Shown in pieces: positions 9,717 through 21,530 of a DNA stretch of 64,000 bases. The translations under genes and the position numbers were made by a program. The notes beneath the pieces were generated by a model. The model was not told where the DNA came from, did not search any database, and saw only the letters and a list, made by a program, of their open reading frames with translations. This stretch comes from an uncultured Rhodospirillaceae bacterium (lineage in GTDB: Bacteria; Pseudomonadota; Alphaproteobacteria; Rhodospirillales; Defluviicoccaceae), in NCBI GenBank assembly GCA_964420325.1, contig CAYQSU010000002.1:10038-74037 (forward strand), read 5' to 3'. The stretch's first letter is position 1. Each line of letters starts with the position of its first letter.

Positions 9717-10574
9717 CTAGACCTGCACGTCCTGGAGCGCTTCCTCGACCTCGGCAAACGTCGGCCGCACGTCCGGCAGCAGGGTCTTGCGGGCGAATTC
9801 GACCGAGATCTGCGGCGCATAGCCCTGCATGTGGGCAAGGATGCCGACCTTGATGCATTCGGCGTAGCGGCTCTCGGCGTTGAAGGTGTTTTCCAGAGAC
9901 TTGGCGATCGGCGCGGCGACGCCGTAGGACGCCAGCACGCCGCTGAAGGTGCCGACGAGGGCGCCGCCGATCAGATGGCCCAGGACCTCGGGCGGTTCGG
10001 TGATCGCACCCATGGTGTGGATGACGCCCAGAACCGCCGCGACGATGCCCAGAGCCGGCAACGCATCGGCAACCGTATGCAGGGCGCCGGAAATGGCGTG
10101 ACGGTCCTGGTGATGGACCTCCAGCTCGGCCTCCATCACGGTTTCGATCTCGTGCGCGTTGGACGTGCCCAAGGTGAGCAGGCGGAGATAGTCGCACAGG
10201 AACTCGACCGCATGGTGATTGCTCGAGAACGTCGGGTAATTCTGGAAGATGGGGCTCTCGTCGGGCCGTTCGACGTGGCTCTCGAGCGCCAGATCGCCCT
10301 TGGTCTTGGCCAGCTTGAAGATGGCGTACAGCATCGCCAGGAGCTCGAGATACGCGGCCTTGTTGTACTTGGGGCCCTTGAACAGCTTGCCGAGCGACTT
10401 CGCCGTGCCGCCGAGCACCGACTTCGGGTTGGCGATGACGAAGGCGCCGGCGGCGGCGCCGAAGATGATGACGAACTCGAACGGCTGCCACAGGACGTCG
10501 AGATGGCCGCCCACTCCCATATACCCGCCGATGACGCTGGCGGTGACAACGATCAGGCCGATAAGGAAAAACAT
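9717..10574 (-). CDS. motA: Flagellar motor stator protein MotA
   Basis: ORF 9717..10943 trimmed to the ATG at 10574 (MFFLIGLIVV...). The 285-aa product is collinear with enterobacterial MotA as I recall it (YP......H.....LCDYLRL; LPA.GIVAAV.GV; YAPQISVEF.RK). Confidence 0.9.
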   Translation of the reverse strand: MFFLIGLIVVTASVIGGYMGVGGHLDVLWQPFEFVIIFGAAAGAFVIANPKSVLGGTAKSLGKLFKGPKYNKAAYLELLAMLYAIFKLAKTKGDLALESHVERPDESPIFQNYPTFSSNHHAVEFLCDYLRLLTLGTSNAHEIETVMEAELEVHHQDRHAISGALHTVADALPALGIVAAVLGVIHTMGAITEPPEVLGHLIGGALVGTFSGVLASYGVAAPIAKSLENTFNAESRYAECIKVGILAHMQGYAPQISVEFARKTLLPDVRPTFAEVEEALQDVQV

Positions 10575-10725
10575 CCGGAACTCTCGCGAGCCTCTTGACC
10601 GACGGACGCACGCTCCCGTACCTACTGCCCCGACCGACCGCCGGGCGTCACGGTCGACTGGCCATCGTCCGCCGCAGAGTTTCGGGTTTTTCAGGTTACG
10701 ATATGATAAACGGAGCGCCCGATTC

Positions 10726-11253
10726 ATGCTCGACAAGCCGGCCGCGACGATCCGGAAAGAAGCAGGCGTGAGCGTCGAGTCCCGGGCGTTTCGCAATGCC
10801 CTCGCGCGCTGGGCGACGGGGGTGAGCGTGGTGACGGCGCGACTGGGCGACGGCCGTCCCGTCGGCGTGACGATCAGCTCGTTCTCCTCGCTCTCGCTCG
10901 AGCCGCCGCTCGTTCTCTTCTGCCTCGGCAAGACCACGGCCAACGGCGAGGCCTACAGCGGCGGACAGGCGTTCGCCGTCAACGTGCTGGCCGACGATCA
11001 GCGGGAGGTGTCGGAGTTCTTCGCCAATCCCGCGAGGGACTGTTTCGAGGGCGTGTCGTTCCGGCTCGGGGTCAACGGTTGCCCGCTTCTGATTGGCTGC
11101 CTCGTCGGCCTCGAGTGCACCTTGGTCACCACCTACGAAGGCGGCGACCACCTCATCGTCGTCGGCCGCGTCGAACGCATCGCGAGCGGCTCGGGCAAGG
11201 AGCCTCTGCTCCGCTACCTCGGCGCCTATCGGCGCATCGCCCCCCTGTCCTAG
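10726..11253 (+). CDS. Flavin reductase family protein (FMN-binding split barrel)
   Basis: ORF 10249..11253 trimmed to the ATG at 10726. 175 aa with FR.ALARWATGVSVVT....G..VGVTISSFSSLSLEPPLVLFC. Confidence 0.8.
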   Translation: MLDKPAATIRKEAGVSVESRAFRNALARWATGVSVVTARLGDGRPVGVTISSFSSLSLEPPLVLFCLGKTTANGEAYSGGQAFAVNVLADDQREVSEFFANPARDCFEGVSFRLGVNGCPLLIGCLVGLECTLVTTYEGGDHLIVVGRVERIASGSGKEPLLRYLGAYRRIAPLS

Positions 11254-12482
11254 CCGGCATCGGCAGCAGCCGTTCCCGGCAGCGGGCGGACGCGGAAGCC
11301 GGCAGCTTCGAGCGCTGCCGTCAGCTCGCGGACATGGGGTGCGCCCCGCGTCTCGAGGACGACGTCCACCTCCGCCATCTTCACCGGAACGTCGTAGAAC
11401 AGCCGACGATGGTGGACCTCGACGATGTTGCCGCCGCCCTCGCCGATCACCGACGAGACGCGGGCCAGCGCGCCCGGCGAATCCGGCAACTCGATGCGCA
11501 GGCCAACGAGGCGGCCGTCACGGGAGAGGCCCCGCAGCAGGATCGAGGACAACAGCATGGAATCGATGTTGCCGCCGGAGACGACGAGGCAGACGGTGCG
11601 GCCGGCGAAGTGCCGCGGCCGCGTCATCAGCGCCGCCAGCGGCGCCGCCCCGGCGCCTTCGACCACCAGCCGCTGATCGGCGAGAAAGGTGTAGATGGCG
11701 CGTTCGAGGTCGGTCTCGGCAGCGAGGACGATGTCGGAGACGAGCTCGGCGATGATCGGCCGGGTGAGGCGGCCCGGCTGCTTGACCGCGATGCCCTCGG
11801 CCACCGTCCGGCCGACCGCACCGTGCACCCGCTCGCCCCTGAGAGCGGCGCGCATCCACGGATAGAGCGCGGCCTCGACGCCGACGATCTCGATCGAAGG
11901 CTCGAGGGCCTTGGCCGCGAGGGCGATGCCGGCCGCGAGACCGCCGCCGCCGATCGGCACGACGATGCAGTCGAGGGAGGGCGCGTCGGCGAGGATTTCG
12001 AGGCCGATGGTGCCCTGGCCGGCAATGACCGCCTCGTCGTCGTAGGGGTGGACGAAGACGAGACCGTCCCGTTCGACGAGCCTCTCGGCGAAGGTGCGCG
12101 CTTCCGTGACGTCATCGCCTTCGAGGAAGACGCGGGCGCCGAGGGCCTGGGTGTTGGCCAGCTTGGTGAGCGGCGTGCCGCGCGGCATGACGACGGTCGC
12201 CGGGATACCGAGCCTCTGGGCGAAATAGGCGACCCCTTGGCCATGGTTCCCGGCCGACGCAGCGACGACCCCGGCCCGCCGCTCGGCGGGGGACAGGCTC
12301 TCCAGCTTGACGCAGGCGCCGCGCACCTTGAACGAGCCGGTCGGCTGCAGCGTCTCCAGCTTGAGCCAGACCCGGGCGCCAGCAAGTCGCGACAGGGGCT
12401 CGCTCTCGACCAGGGGCGTGCGCAGGATGCGGCCGTCGAGAATGCGCTGGGCCTTGCGAATGTCGTCGATGCCGATCGTCAT
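11250..12482 (-). CDS. ilvA: Threonine ammonia-lyase (threonine dehydratase) with a C-terminal ACT-like domain
   Basis: The 1000-aa ORF was trimmed to the ATG at 12482 ([12 protein letters not shown]...). PLP-enzyme motifs are present (LQPTGSFKVRGA, AASAGNHGQGVA, PIGGGGL). The start forms an ATGA overlap with the stop of the upstream acylase gene. Confidence 0.9.
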   Translation of the reverse strand: MTIGIDDIRKAQRILDGRILRTPLVESEPLSRLAGARVWLKLETLQPTGSFKVRGACVKLESLSPAERRAGVVAASAGNHGQGVAYFAQRLGIPATVVMPRGTPLTKLANTQALGARVFLEGDDVTEARTFAERLVERDGLVFVHPYDDEAVIAGQGTIGLEILADAPSLDCIVVPIGGGGLAAGIALAAKALEPSIEIVGVEAALYPWMRAALRGERVHGAVGRTVAEGIAVKQPGRLTRPIIAELVSDIVLAAETDLERAIYTFLADQRLVVEGAGAAPLAALMTRPRHFAGRTVCLVVSGGNIDSMLLSSILLRGLSRDGRLVGLRIELPDSPGALARVSSVIGEGGGNIVEVHHRRLFYDVPVKMAEVDVVLETRGAPHVRELTAALEAAGFRVRPLPGTAAADAG

Positions 12483-14866
12483 CGCGAGCCTTTCTCCGCC
12501 GGCACGAGGAGGAGCCGGCTCCGGGCGCTCGCGCGCAGCGTTTCCCGCTCCGCCCCGAGCTCCATCCAGGCGCCGTCGCGCCAGCGCTCGAGCTGGTCGT
12601 CGTAGTGCGGCGACAAGGGGTTGCCCGACTGCCCGAGGGCGACGGCGAAGCGCGAGCGCGCAAGATCGGCGAGATCGTAGACGGCGCGGAACCCGGCGCC
12701 GTGGACATGCGCGAACGGACGGTCGCGGTCGCCGAGCCGCATCGCCCCGCGATTGAGCGTGTGGTAGCCGCCGTCGGTGGCGATCTCGCGGTTGGCGAGA
12801 TGGCGGACCAGCGGCACGGCGTCGAACAGGCGATGGTGAAAGAGCGCCCGGTGCACGTCGCCCCAGCGCCAGACCTTGGGATCGGGGCCGAGGCGGTCGC
12901 GAAGCATGGCGAGCGCCCGGTCGAGCGCGACGGCGAGCCGGCCCCCGCAGTCCTCGCGCCGGGGCGTAGTGACGTCGTCGCACCACGTCCGGCCTTCGGT
13001 CAGGACGAAGGTGATGAAACGCGCCCGCTGGCCCCAATAGGCCTCGAAGTCCGGGCCGAGCTCGTCGGCGTAGACCGCCTCGTTGAAGGCGCGAAGCCAG
13101 GCGAGGAAGATGAGCGGCTCCGGTCGGCCGCGATCCATCCGCCCGGACCACGCGCGCAGCAGCTCGAGGGCGTCGTTGTCCCGGGCCTCGGCGGGAAGCG
13201 CTGCGAGCATCAAAGGCAGCAGGCGGCGAGCCATCAGCGACAGCGTATCGAGGGGGATCTCGGCCGCGGTGTCGAGGGAGTGCCGGCCTCGCGCGGTGGC
13301 GAGGTCGAGCAGCCGCTGGGCGCGAAAGCCGTCCTCCCAGTCTTCGCCCAGGTACCAGGGAAAGCCTTCGGGGACGATGCCGTTGTTGGCGTTGACGATG
13401 ACGCCCGAGGCGGGGTTGAGGAGCCTTGGCAGTGAGTCTGCGGGCACGAACCCCTGCCAGTCGAACTCGCCCGTCCAGCCGGAGGCCGGCACCCGTCCGC
13501 GTCCCTGCCTGCGGATCGGGATGCGGCCCACCGAAAGGAAGCCGATCGTCCCCTCGACGTCGGCGTAGACGAGGTTCTGATGCGAGGAGTGGAACCGGCG
13601 GACGGCGGCGACGACGTCGTCCCAGCCGGTGGCCGCATTCAACCGAAAGAGCGCGTCGGCCGTACCGTCCTCGGCGATCAGGTAGGGCGCCGACGGCGCC
13701 AGCAGATCGGTCGTCTCCGCGCCCTCTGGGGCGGCGAGGACATCGCTGACGACCGGGCCGTGCCTCGTCTCGCGGATGCGCAGAGGGACGTCGTCGGCGC
13801 CGCGGACGCGGACGATCTCGTCGCGGACCGCGAACGGCCGGGGTCCTTCGGGTGTCAGATAGCGACCGGCGCTCGAGGGATCGGGGCGCTCGATGAACAG
13901 GTCCTCGACGTCGCCGCCGCCGGCGGTGAAGCCCCAGGCGATGCGCCCGTTGTGGCCGAAGAGCACCAGTGGAGCCCCCGCCGCGGTGGCCCCGGCGAGC
14001 CTGAGCTCGGGCGTGTCGATGCGGGCGAGGTACCACGTGCCGGGGGCCGCCAGCGGAAGGTGGGGATCGTTGACGAGGATCGGCTTGCCGGTCGTCGTCC
14101 GCGTGCCGGAGAGGACGAGTGCGTTGGAGGCACCCTGCCGTGCCTCGGGTCCCGGCGGATCGATCAGGGCCAGGCGGTCGAGCGGCAGCGTGCGGGCGAG
14201 CTCGGCCGCGGCGCCGAGCGTGGTCGGCGCGTCGGGCGGGTAGGGCGGCCACAGCTCCGCGATCTGTCGCTCCGTGAGACGCCGGGCGAGGCGGGCGCGC
14301 AAAAGCTCGTCATGGCGGTTGGTCGAAAGCCGCCAGGCCATCAGCTTGCCCCACACCAGGGTGTCGGCGACCCGCCACGGCTCGGGATGCCGGCGGAGGA
14401 GCAGGAACTCCGGCGGCAGCGCGCCGCCGTGCCGGTCGAGATGGGCGTTGACGCCCGCGGCGTAGGCGGCGAGGACACGCAGGAGCTCCGGCGAGAGCTG
14501 CTCGATCTGGCGCTCGGCGAGGCGATAGAGGCCAAGGGTGCGGAGCAGGCGGTCGGTCTCGACCGCGCGCGGGCCTACGATCTCGGAGAGCCGTCCTGCG
14601 CCGAGGCGACGCATGCTCTCCATCTGCCACAGCCGGTCCTGGGCGTGGACGTAGCCCAGCGCCGCCGCCGCGTCCTCGAACGAGCGCGCGAAGATGTGGG
14701 GAACGCCGAAGGCGTCGCGAAGGACCTCGACGGCGTCGCCGAGTCCCGCGATGGGCACGCTGTTGCCGGCAGCCGGCAGCGACGACCGCAGCCAGCCGTA
14801 GCCGCCGGCGGCGACAACCACCAGGATCGCCAGCGCGACCGAGGCGCGGACGAGCCCGCGGGCCAT
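12479..14866 (-). CDS. Penicillin/AHL acylase family protein (S45 Ntn-hydrolase), membrane-anchored or secreted
   Basis: The 1154-aa ORF was trimmed to the ATG at 14866 ([22 protein letters not shown]...). Alpha-chain motif GVPHIFA....D....[12 protein letters not shown] is present, as is the autoprocessing site ..QGA-SNALV (Ser-Asn beta N-terminus) followed by NDPHL. Confidence 0.85.
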   Translation of the reverse strand: MARGLVRASVALAILVVVAAGGYGWLRSSLPAAGNSVPIAGLGDAVEVLRDAFGVPHIFARSFEDAAAALGYVHAQDRLWQMESMRRLGAGRLSEIVGPRAVETDRLLRTLGLYRLAERQIEQLSPELLRVLAAYAAGVNAHLDRHGGALPPEFLLLRRHPEPWRVADTLVWGKLMAWRLSTNRHDELLRARLARRLTERQIAELWPPYPPDAPTTLGAAAELARTLPLDRLALIDPPGPEARQGASNALVLSGTRTTTGKPILVNDPHLPLAAPGTWYLARIDTPELRLAGATAAGAPLVLFGHNGRIAWGFTAGGGDVEDLFIERPDPSSAGRYLTPEGPRPFAVRDEIVRVRGADDVPLRIRETRHGPVVSDVLAAPEGAETTDLLAPSAPYLIAEDGTADALFRLNAATGWDDVVAAVRRFHSSHQNLVYADVEGTIGFLSVGRIPIRRQGRGRVPASGWTGEFDWQGFVPADSLPRLLNPASGVIVNANNGIVPEGFPWYLGEDWEDGFRAQRLLDLATARGRHSLDTAAEIPLDTLSLMARRLLPLMLAALPAEARDNDALELLRAWSGRMDRGRPEPLIFLAWLRAFNEAVYADELGPDFEAYWGQRARFITFVLTEGRTWCDDVTTPRREDCGGRLAVALDRALAMLRDRLGPDPKVWRWGDVHRALFHHRLFDAVPLVRHLANREIATDGGYHTLNRGAMRLGDRDRPFAHVHGAGFRAVYDLADLARSRFAVALGQSGNPLSPHYDDQLERWRDGAWMELGAERETLRASARSRLLLVPAEKGSR

Positions 14867-14898
14867 CGCGCGGGGCGTTCCGCCCGGCCGCCGGCGGC

Positions 14899-16098
<1,200 letters not shown>

Positions 16099-16227
16099 CT
16101 AAAGAGTGTACCCCAAACTGGGAATTTCCAGGTTGGCGTCGCCAGGCCGCGCTGGAGCTGGCGTCCCGGCCGGGCCACACCTGTGCGAGCCGGCGCGCGG
16201 CCGCCCCGGCTCAGGAATGCCGCGTCG

Positions 16228-18630
16228 ATGGATGCTTCAGGAGGACACCCGACCGAGATGCCCGCGCGGACGGTTGCCGGCGCAAGGCAGCTTCGCCTGT
16301 CCGCCCTCGCCTTCGCCGTCTCGATCCTGCTTGCCGTCGCCATCGCCGGCGCCATCGCGATCGGGCTCTCCAAGTACGCGCGCCTCAACGCCCTGACCGC
16401 GTTCTGGCAGGACCAGAACTACATGACGGTGTCGAAGGCGCTGGCCGGTCGAGAGCTGCGCGAGGCAATGGGCTACGGCGGGCTGGTGCACAAGCTCAAG
16501 GACTACGTTCTGCAGCAGGATGAGCGATTGGTCGCGCGCATTCGTGCCGATCTGGAGCGGGCCCGAAGCGCACTCCATCATTACCAGAACCTGCGCCTCA
16601 ATCCCGACGAGGTGCAAGCGCTCCGCACGCTTGCGGCGGTGGTCGAGAGCTACGCGGCGAAGTTCGAGGATGCCCGGCATGCCGCCGCCGGCCTGTCCCC
16701 GGCGTCGGTGGACGCGCTGTTGCGCGTCGACGACCAGCCGGCGCTGGATGCGCTCCGTTTCCTTGACGACACCCTGACCCAGGAGCGCTGGGAGGCGATC
16801 GACGCCAGCGCGCTCAGCATCGCCAAGGTGATCTCGCTCCTGGTCCTGGCCTCATACCTCTTGCCGATCCTCGTGATCTCCGCCCTGGCCGTGATCTGGT
16901 TCCAGCGGCTCCTGCTCAGGACCTTTGCCGAAGCCGACAGGCAGAAAGCGCAGCTCGAGGCGATCTTCGATGCCGTCCCGGATGCCATGCTGATCGTCGA
17001 TGCGGACCACAAGGTGGTCCTCTGCAATTCCGCCACCGCCGGGGTGACCGGCTATCGACCGGAGGAGCTGAGGGGGCGGGCGATCTCGGTCCTCTATGAG
17101 TCGGAGGCGGATTTCCGACGCTACCGGAGTGCGCCCGACGAGGCGGACGCCGGCACCCCCCTGAAGCCGATGGTCTTGAGCTACCGGCGCAGCAGCGGCG
17201 AGACGTTTCCTGGCGAGACGGTGCGAACGGCGATCCGGGACGGGAGAGGCGAGGTCATCGCTCATCTCGACGTCATTAGCGACGTCACCGAACGCCAGGG
17301 AGCCGAGGAACGGCTGGTCCGCCAAGCCAACTATGATCAGGTGACCGAGCTTCCCAACCGCGGGCTCGCCCTCGACCGGCTGACCCAGGCGCTGAGGAGG
17401 GACCGCCGCCAGGGCCTCAAGACCTGCATGCTGTTCATCGATCTCGACCGGTTCAAGACCGTGAACGACACCTACGGTCACGACGTCGGCGATCGGCTGC
17501 TCAAACAGGCGGCGGCGCGGCTCAGCGCCTGTGTGCGCGAGACGGACACGGTGGCGCGGCTCGGCGGCGACGAGTTCACGATCATCCTGCCGAGCCTCCG
17601 GGCGGTGCCGGATGCCGAGATCGTCGCCAGGAAGATCCTCGATGCCTTCTCGCACCCGTTCGTCATCAACGACCGGGAGTTGTTCGTGACGGCGAGCATC
17701 GGCGTCACCGTCGCGCCCGACGACGGGCGGGAGCCGCAGATGCTGATGCGCAATGCCGATGCCGCGATGTATCGGGTCAAGGATCTGGGTCGCAACAACG
17801 TTCAGTTCTTCACTCCGGCCTTGAACGAGCGCATTCGCACGCGTGGCCGCATCGAGGCGCAGCTGCATCGGGCGCTGGAACGGGGCGAGTTCGCGCTCCA
17901 CTATCAGCCGATCGTCCGGGCGCGATCGGGCCACCTCGTCGCCTGCGAGGTGCTCCTTCGCTGGACCAATCCCAGGCTCGGTGCGGTCGCGCCGGACGCC
18001 TTCGTCCCACTCGCCGAGGAGACCGGGCAGATCGTGCCGCTCGGCGAATGGGTGCTGGCCGCCGCCTGCCGCCAGGCGCGCCTGTGGCAGGAGGCGGGCG
18101 GCGCCCTCGAGCGGATCACGGTCAACGTCTCCAGCCGCCAGTTCCGCGGCGACCGGCTGAGGCGGGCCGTGGTCCAGGCGCTCGCCGACAGCGGCCTTGC
18201 GCCGCGCGCCCTCGAGATCGAGATCACCGAAGGGGTGCTGCTCGAGGACCTGCCGGAGGTCAAGGAGACCCTGGGCGAACTCGATCGTCTGGGCGTCCGC
18301 ATCTCGGTCGACGACTTCGGAACCCGTTACTCGTCCTTGAGCTACCTCAAGCGGTTTCCGGTCGACACGCTGAAGATCGACAAGTCGTTCATCCGCGATC
18401 TTGTCGCCGATCCCGACGACGCCAAGATCGTCGCCGCGATCATCGCCATGGGACAGAGCCTGAATCTGGAGGTCATCGCCGAAGGCGTCGAATCCGAAGA
18501 CGAGATGGCGTTCCTGCGTGCCCACGGCTGCCATCTGGCCCAGGGCTATCTGTGGGGTGAGCCGATGCCGGCGGCGGCGTTCTCGCGGCTCCTCGACGAG
18601 CGCGGGCGAGGTGCCTGCCTGGCGTCGTGA
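16228..18630 (+). CDS. Membrane sensor diguanylate cyclase/phosphodiesterase (periplasmic domain-TM-PAS-GGDEF-EAL)
   Basis: Two TM helices flank a roughly 150-aa extracytoplasmic region. A PAS-like segment follows, then GGDEF (RLGGDEFTI) and an EAL-type domain (EVLLRW, DDFGTRYSSLSYLKRFPVDTLKIDKSFI). The start is uncertain (ATG 16228 or 16258; the ORF opens at 16183). Confidence 0.9.
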   Translation: MDASGGHPTEMPARTVAGARQLRLSALAFAVSILLAVAIAGAIAIGLSKYARLNALTAFWQDQNYMTVSKALAGRELREAMGYGGLVHKLKDYVLQQDERLVARIRADLERARSALHHYQNLRLNPDEVQALRTLAAVVESYAAKFEDARHAAAGLSPASVDALLRVDDQPALDALRFLDDTLTQERWEAIDASALSIAKVISLLVLASYLLPILVISALAVIWFQRLLLRTFAEADRQKAQLEAIFDAVPDAMLIVDADHKVVLCNSATAGVTGYRPEELRGRAISVLYESEADFRRYRSAPDEADAGTPLKPMVLSYRRSSGETFPGETVRTAIRDGRGEVIAHLDVISDVTERQGAEERLVRQANYDQVTELPNRGLALDRLTQALRRDRRQGLKTCMLFIDLDRFKTVNDTYGHDVGDRLLKQAAARLSACVRETDTVARLGGDEFTIILPSLRAVPDAEIVARKILDAFSHPFVINDRELFVTASIGVTVAPDDGREPQMLMRNADAAMYRVKDLGRNNVQFFTPALNERIRTRGRIEAQLHRALERGEFALHYQPIVRARSGHLVACEVLLRWTNPRLGAVAPDAFVPLAEETGQIVPLGEWVLAAACRQARLWQEAGGALERITVNVSSRQFRGDRLRRAVVQALADSGLAPRALEIEITEGVLLEDLPEVKETLGELDRLGVRISVDDFGTRYSSLSYLKRFPVDTLKIDKSFIRDLVADPDDAKIVAAIIAMGQSLNLEVIAEGVESEDEMAFLRAHGCHLAQGYLWGEPMPAAAFSRLLDERGRGACLAS

Positions 18631-18638
18631 GCGGCGCC

Positions 18639-19805
18639 TTACGAACGCTCGGACCGGATGCCGAAAGCCGCCAGGATCGCCTCCCGGTCGTGGTCGAGGT
18701 CGGGCGCCGGCGAACGCTCGGCCGGGTCGTCGAACCTCGACAGCTTGATCGGGTTGCCGGCCATCATCACCCGGCCGGCATCCCGATCGTCGGCGTGGAC
18801 GATCATGGTCCGCGCCGTGACCTGGGGATCGGCGAGGACCTTGTCGACGCTGTTGATCGGACCACAGGGGATGCCGGCAGCCTCGAGCGCGGCGAGCCAA
18901 GCCTCGGCCGGCCGCGCGGTCAGCACGCTTTCCAGCTCGTCCTTGAGGGCGAAGCAGTGGGTGGTCCGCAGCTCATTGGTGAGGAACAGCGGATTGCTGG
19001 CGAGGTCGGCGCGGCCCAGCACGTCGCACAGGCGTGCGAACAGGGCGTCGTTGCCGGCGGCGATGACCAGATAGCCGCCTTTGCAGGCGAAGACGTCGAA
19101 GGGGGTGATGGACGGGTGCCGCGCCCCCAGCGGCTGCGGCACCTCGCCGCGGGCGACGTAGCGGGCGATGGCGTTCTCGAGGATGGCGACCTGGCCGTCC
19201 AGCATCGCCACGTCGACCAGCACGCCGTCCCCGGTCCGCTCGCGATCGAACAGGGCGGCGTTGATGCCGGCGAGCGCGAACAGGCCGGCGGTGATGTCGC
19301 CGATCGAGGTGCCGACGCGGGTCGGCGGCTGGCCGGGATGGCCGGTGACGCTCATGATCCCGCCCATGGCCTGGACCACCATGTCGTAGGCGGGTCTCCC
19401 GGCGTAGGGACCGGTGCGTCCGAAGCCCGAGATGGCAGCGTAGATCAGGCGCGGAAACCGCCGGTGCAGATCCTCCCAGGCGTAGCCGAGCCGATCCATG
19501 GCGCCCGGCCGGAAGTTCTCGACGAGGATGTCGGCGTGCGCCAGCAGCGCCTCGAAGATCACCCGATCGCCCCGCTCCTTGAGGTCGAGGGCGATGCTTT
19601 CCTTGCCGCGGTTGAGCGACATGAAGTAGGCCGACTTGCCGCCGAAGAACGGACCGAACTGCCGCGCGTCGTCGCCGCCTGCCGGCACCTCGACCTTGAT
19701 CACCCGGGCGCCGAGGTCGGCGAGCATCATCGTGCAATAGGGGCCGGCGAGCACGCGCGTCAGATCGACGACGGTGATGCCGGCAAGCGGTCCGGTCGCG
19801 CCCAT
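18639..19805 (-). CDS. CaiB/BaiF family III CoA-transferase
   Basis: ORF trimmed to the ATG at 19805 (MGATGPLAGITVVDLTRVLAGPYCTMMLADLGARVIKVE), the characteristic family III CoA-transferase N-terminus. Confidence 0.9.
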   Translation of the reverse strand: MGATGPLAGITVVDLTRVLAGPYCTMMLADLGARVIKVEVPAGGDDARQFGPFFGGKSAYFMSLNRGKESIALDLKERGDRVIFEALLAHADILVENFRPGAMDRLGYAWEDLHRRFPRLIYAAISGFGRTGPYAGRPAYDMVVQAMGGIMSVTGHPGQPPTRVGTSIGDITAGLFALAGINAALFDRERTGDGVLVDVAMLDGQVAILENAIARYVARGEVPQPLGARHPSITPFDVFACKGGYLVIAAGNDALFARLCDVLGRADLASNPLFLTNELRTTHCFALKDELESVLTARPAEAWLAALEAAGIPCGPINSVDKVLADPQVTARTMIVHADDRDAGRVMMAGNPIKLSRFDDPAERSPAPDLDHDREAILAAFGIRSERS

Positions 19806-19944
19806 GAGCTCTTTTGTCCTCGTCCCATGCTCTGCGGTTTGTATACTGGGGCCGCCGCGCCTGCCAGGCAGCGGGCGCAGCACGACGGGTTATCGATTCA
19901 TCAAGCAGATCGGGCCGCAGCCCGACCAGAGGGAGGAGCATAGC

Positions 19945-20946
19945 ATGATCGCTGTCAAACGCGTGGCCGTCGGTCTCGTCGGTCTGTTCGGCTGCGTGGC
20001 GCTGGGTGCCAGCGCGTCCGCGGTGACCCCGAAGGCGTCGCACCAGTGGCCGGCGGGCAAGGGCGACGTGCGCGACGAGATGGTGCAGATCATCAAGCGC
20101 GAGGCCGAAGCGGCGGGCGTCGGCCTGGAGATCCAGATCTATCCGGGCGCCTCCTTGTTCAAGCCGAAGGAGCAGTGGGGCGCGATGGTCAAGGGACAGC
20201 TCGACATCTCCGCCTTTCCCCTCGATTACGCCAGTGGCCGCCACCCCCAGTTCAGCGCGACGCTGATGCCGGGCCTGGTCAAGAACCACGACCACGCGAG
20301 GCGGCTCAACACGTCGCCGTTCATGGCCGACATCAAGAAGATCGTCAACGATGCCGGCGTCGTCGTCCTTGCCGATGCCTGGCTCGCCGGCGGCTTCGCG
20401 TCGAAGAAGGTCTGCATTCTCGAACCCGACGACATCAAGGGACAGGTGACCCGCGCCGCCGGTCCGGCGTTCGAGCAGATGCTGGCCGGCGCCGGCGCGT
20501 CGATCGCGTCGATGCCGAGCTCGGAGATCTACACCGCCATGCAGACCGGCGTCCTCGATGCCTGCAACACCAGCTCGGGAAGCTTCGTCTCCTACCGCCT
20601 TTATGAGCAGGCGGCATGCCTGACCGCGCCGGGAGAGCATGCGCTGTGGTTCATGTACGAGCCGATCCTGATGTCGAAGCAGAGCTGGGATCGCCTGACG
20701 AAGGAGCAGCAGGAGGCGCTGTTGGCGGCCGGCAAGAAGGCCGAGGACTTCTTCTTCGATGCGGCCAAGGGACTTGACGACGAGCTGGTGAAGGTGTTCC
20801 AGGACAGCGGCGTCAAGGTCGTGACGATGTCCGCCGAGCAGGCCGCCGCCTGGCGCGAGATCGCCAACCGGACCTCCTACGCCCTGTTCGCGGAACAGGT
20901 TCCGGGCGGCAAGGAGCTGATCGAGAAGGCTCTCGCCGTCGAGTAG
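19945..20946 (+). CDS. dctP: TRAP transporter substrate-binding protein (DctP family)
   Basis: ORF trimmed to the ATG at 19945, which is preceded by GGGAGGAG. A Sec signal is present (MIAVKRVAVGLVGLFGCVALGASASA). dctQ and dctM follow. Confidence 0.85.
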   Translation: MIAVKRVAVGLVGLFGCVALGASASAVTPKASHQWPAGKGDVRDEMVQIIKREAEAAGVGLEIQIYPGASLFKPKEQWGAMVKGQLDISAFPLDYASGRHPQFSATLMPGLVKNHDHARRLNTSPFMADIKKIVNDAGVVVLADAWLAGGFASKKVCILEPDDIKGQVTRAAGPAFEQMLAGAGASIASMPSSEIYTAMQTGVLDACNTSSGSFVSYRLYEQAACLTAPGEHALWFMYEPILMSKQSWDRLTKEQQEALLAAGKKAEDFFFDAAKGLDDELVKVFQDSGVKVVTMSAEQAAAWREIANRTSYALFAEQVPGGKELIEKALAVE

Positions 20947-21011
20947 GTCTCGGATCCGACCCTGCCGCCGGGCGCCGGGCGCTCGGCGGCCCCTTTCGCT
21001 TGGACCGCTCC

Positions 21012-21530
21012 ATGGACCTGTTCCTCACCGGTATCCGGGTGCTTTCGAAGCTCTCGGGCGTGGTCGCCGCGGCGCTGGTGGCGTCGGCGGTGGTGGTCGT
21101 CTGCCAGATGGTCGTTCTTCGCTATTTCCTGCAGCACTCGACCGTCTGGCAGACGGAATACGTCACATTCTCGCTGGTCGCCGCGGCGTTCATCGGCAGC
21201 CCGTACGTGGCGCTGGTCAAGGGCCACGTCAACGTCGACCTGTTGCCGATGCAGCTCGGGCTCCGCGCGCGCCTGGCGCTCGCGCTCCTGGTGTCGGCTC
21301 TCGCGCTGGCGTTCTCGCTCCTGGTCTGCGTCACCGGGGCGCAGCTCTGGCTGGAGGCCTGGGAGGGCGGATGGCGCACCGACACGGTGTGGGCGCTGCC
21401 GCTGTGGATTCCCTACCTGCCGATGCCGGTCGGCTTCGGCCTGATGAGCCTTCAGTACCTCGTGGACATCATCTCTCTGCTCAACGGCGACGAGCCGCCG
21501 TTCGGCATCGATTCCGAGGGGCGAGAATGA
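21012..21530 (+). CDS. dctQ: TRAP transporter small permease (DctQ family)
   Basis: 172 aa from the first ATG (the ORF opens with TTG at 21000). Four hydrophobic helices. The stop overlaps the dctM start (ATGA). Confidence 0.8.
   Translation: MDLFLTGIRVLSKLSGVVAAALVASAVVVVCQMVVLRYFLQHSTVWQTEYVTFSLVAAAFIGSPYVALVKGHVNVDLLPMQLGLRARLALALLVSALALAFSLLVCVTGAQLWLEAWEGGWRTDTVWALPLWIPYLPMPVGFGLMSLQYLVDIISLLNGDEPPFGIDSEGRE

Noticed and set aside
11250-11253. The flavin reductase and ilvA stop codons share the palindrome CTAG on opposite strands.
   Set aside because: This is a real sequence fact, but it is most simply a coincidence of tight convergent packing. I cannot propose an independent function for it.
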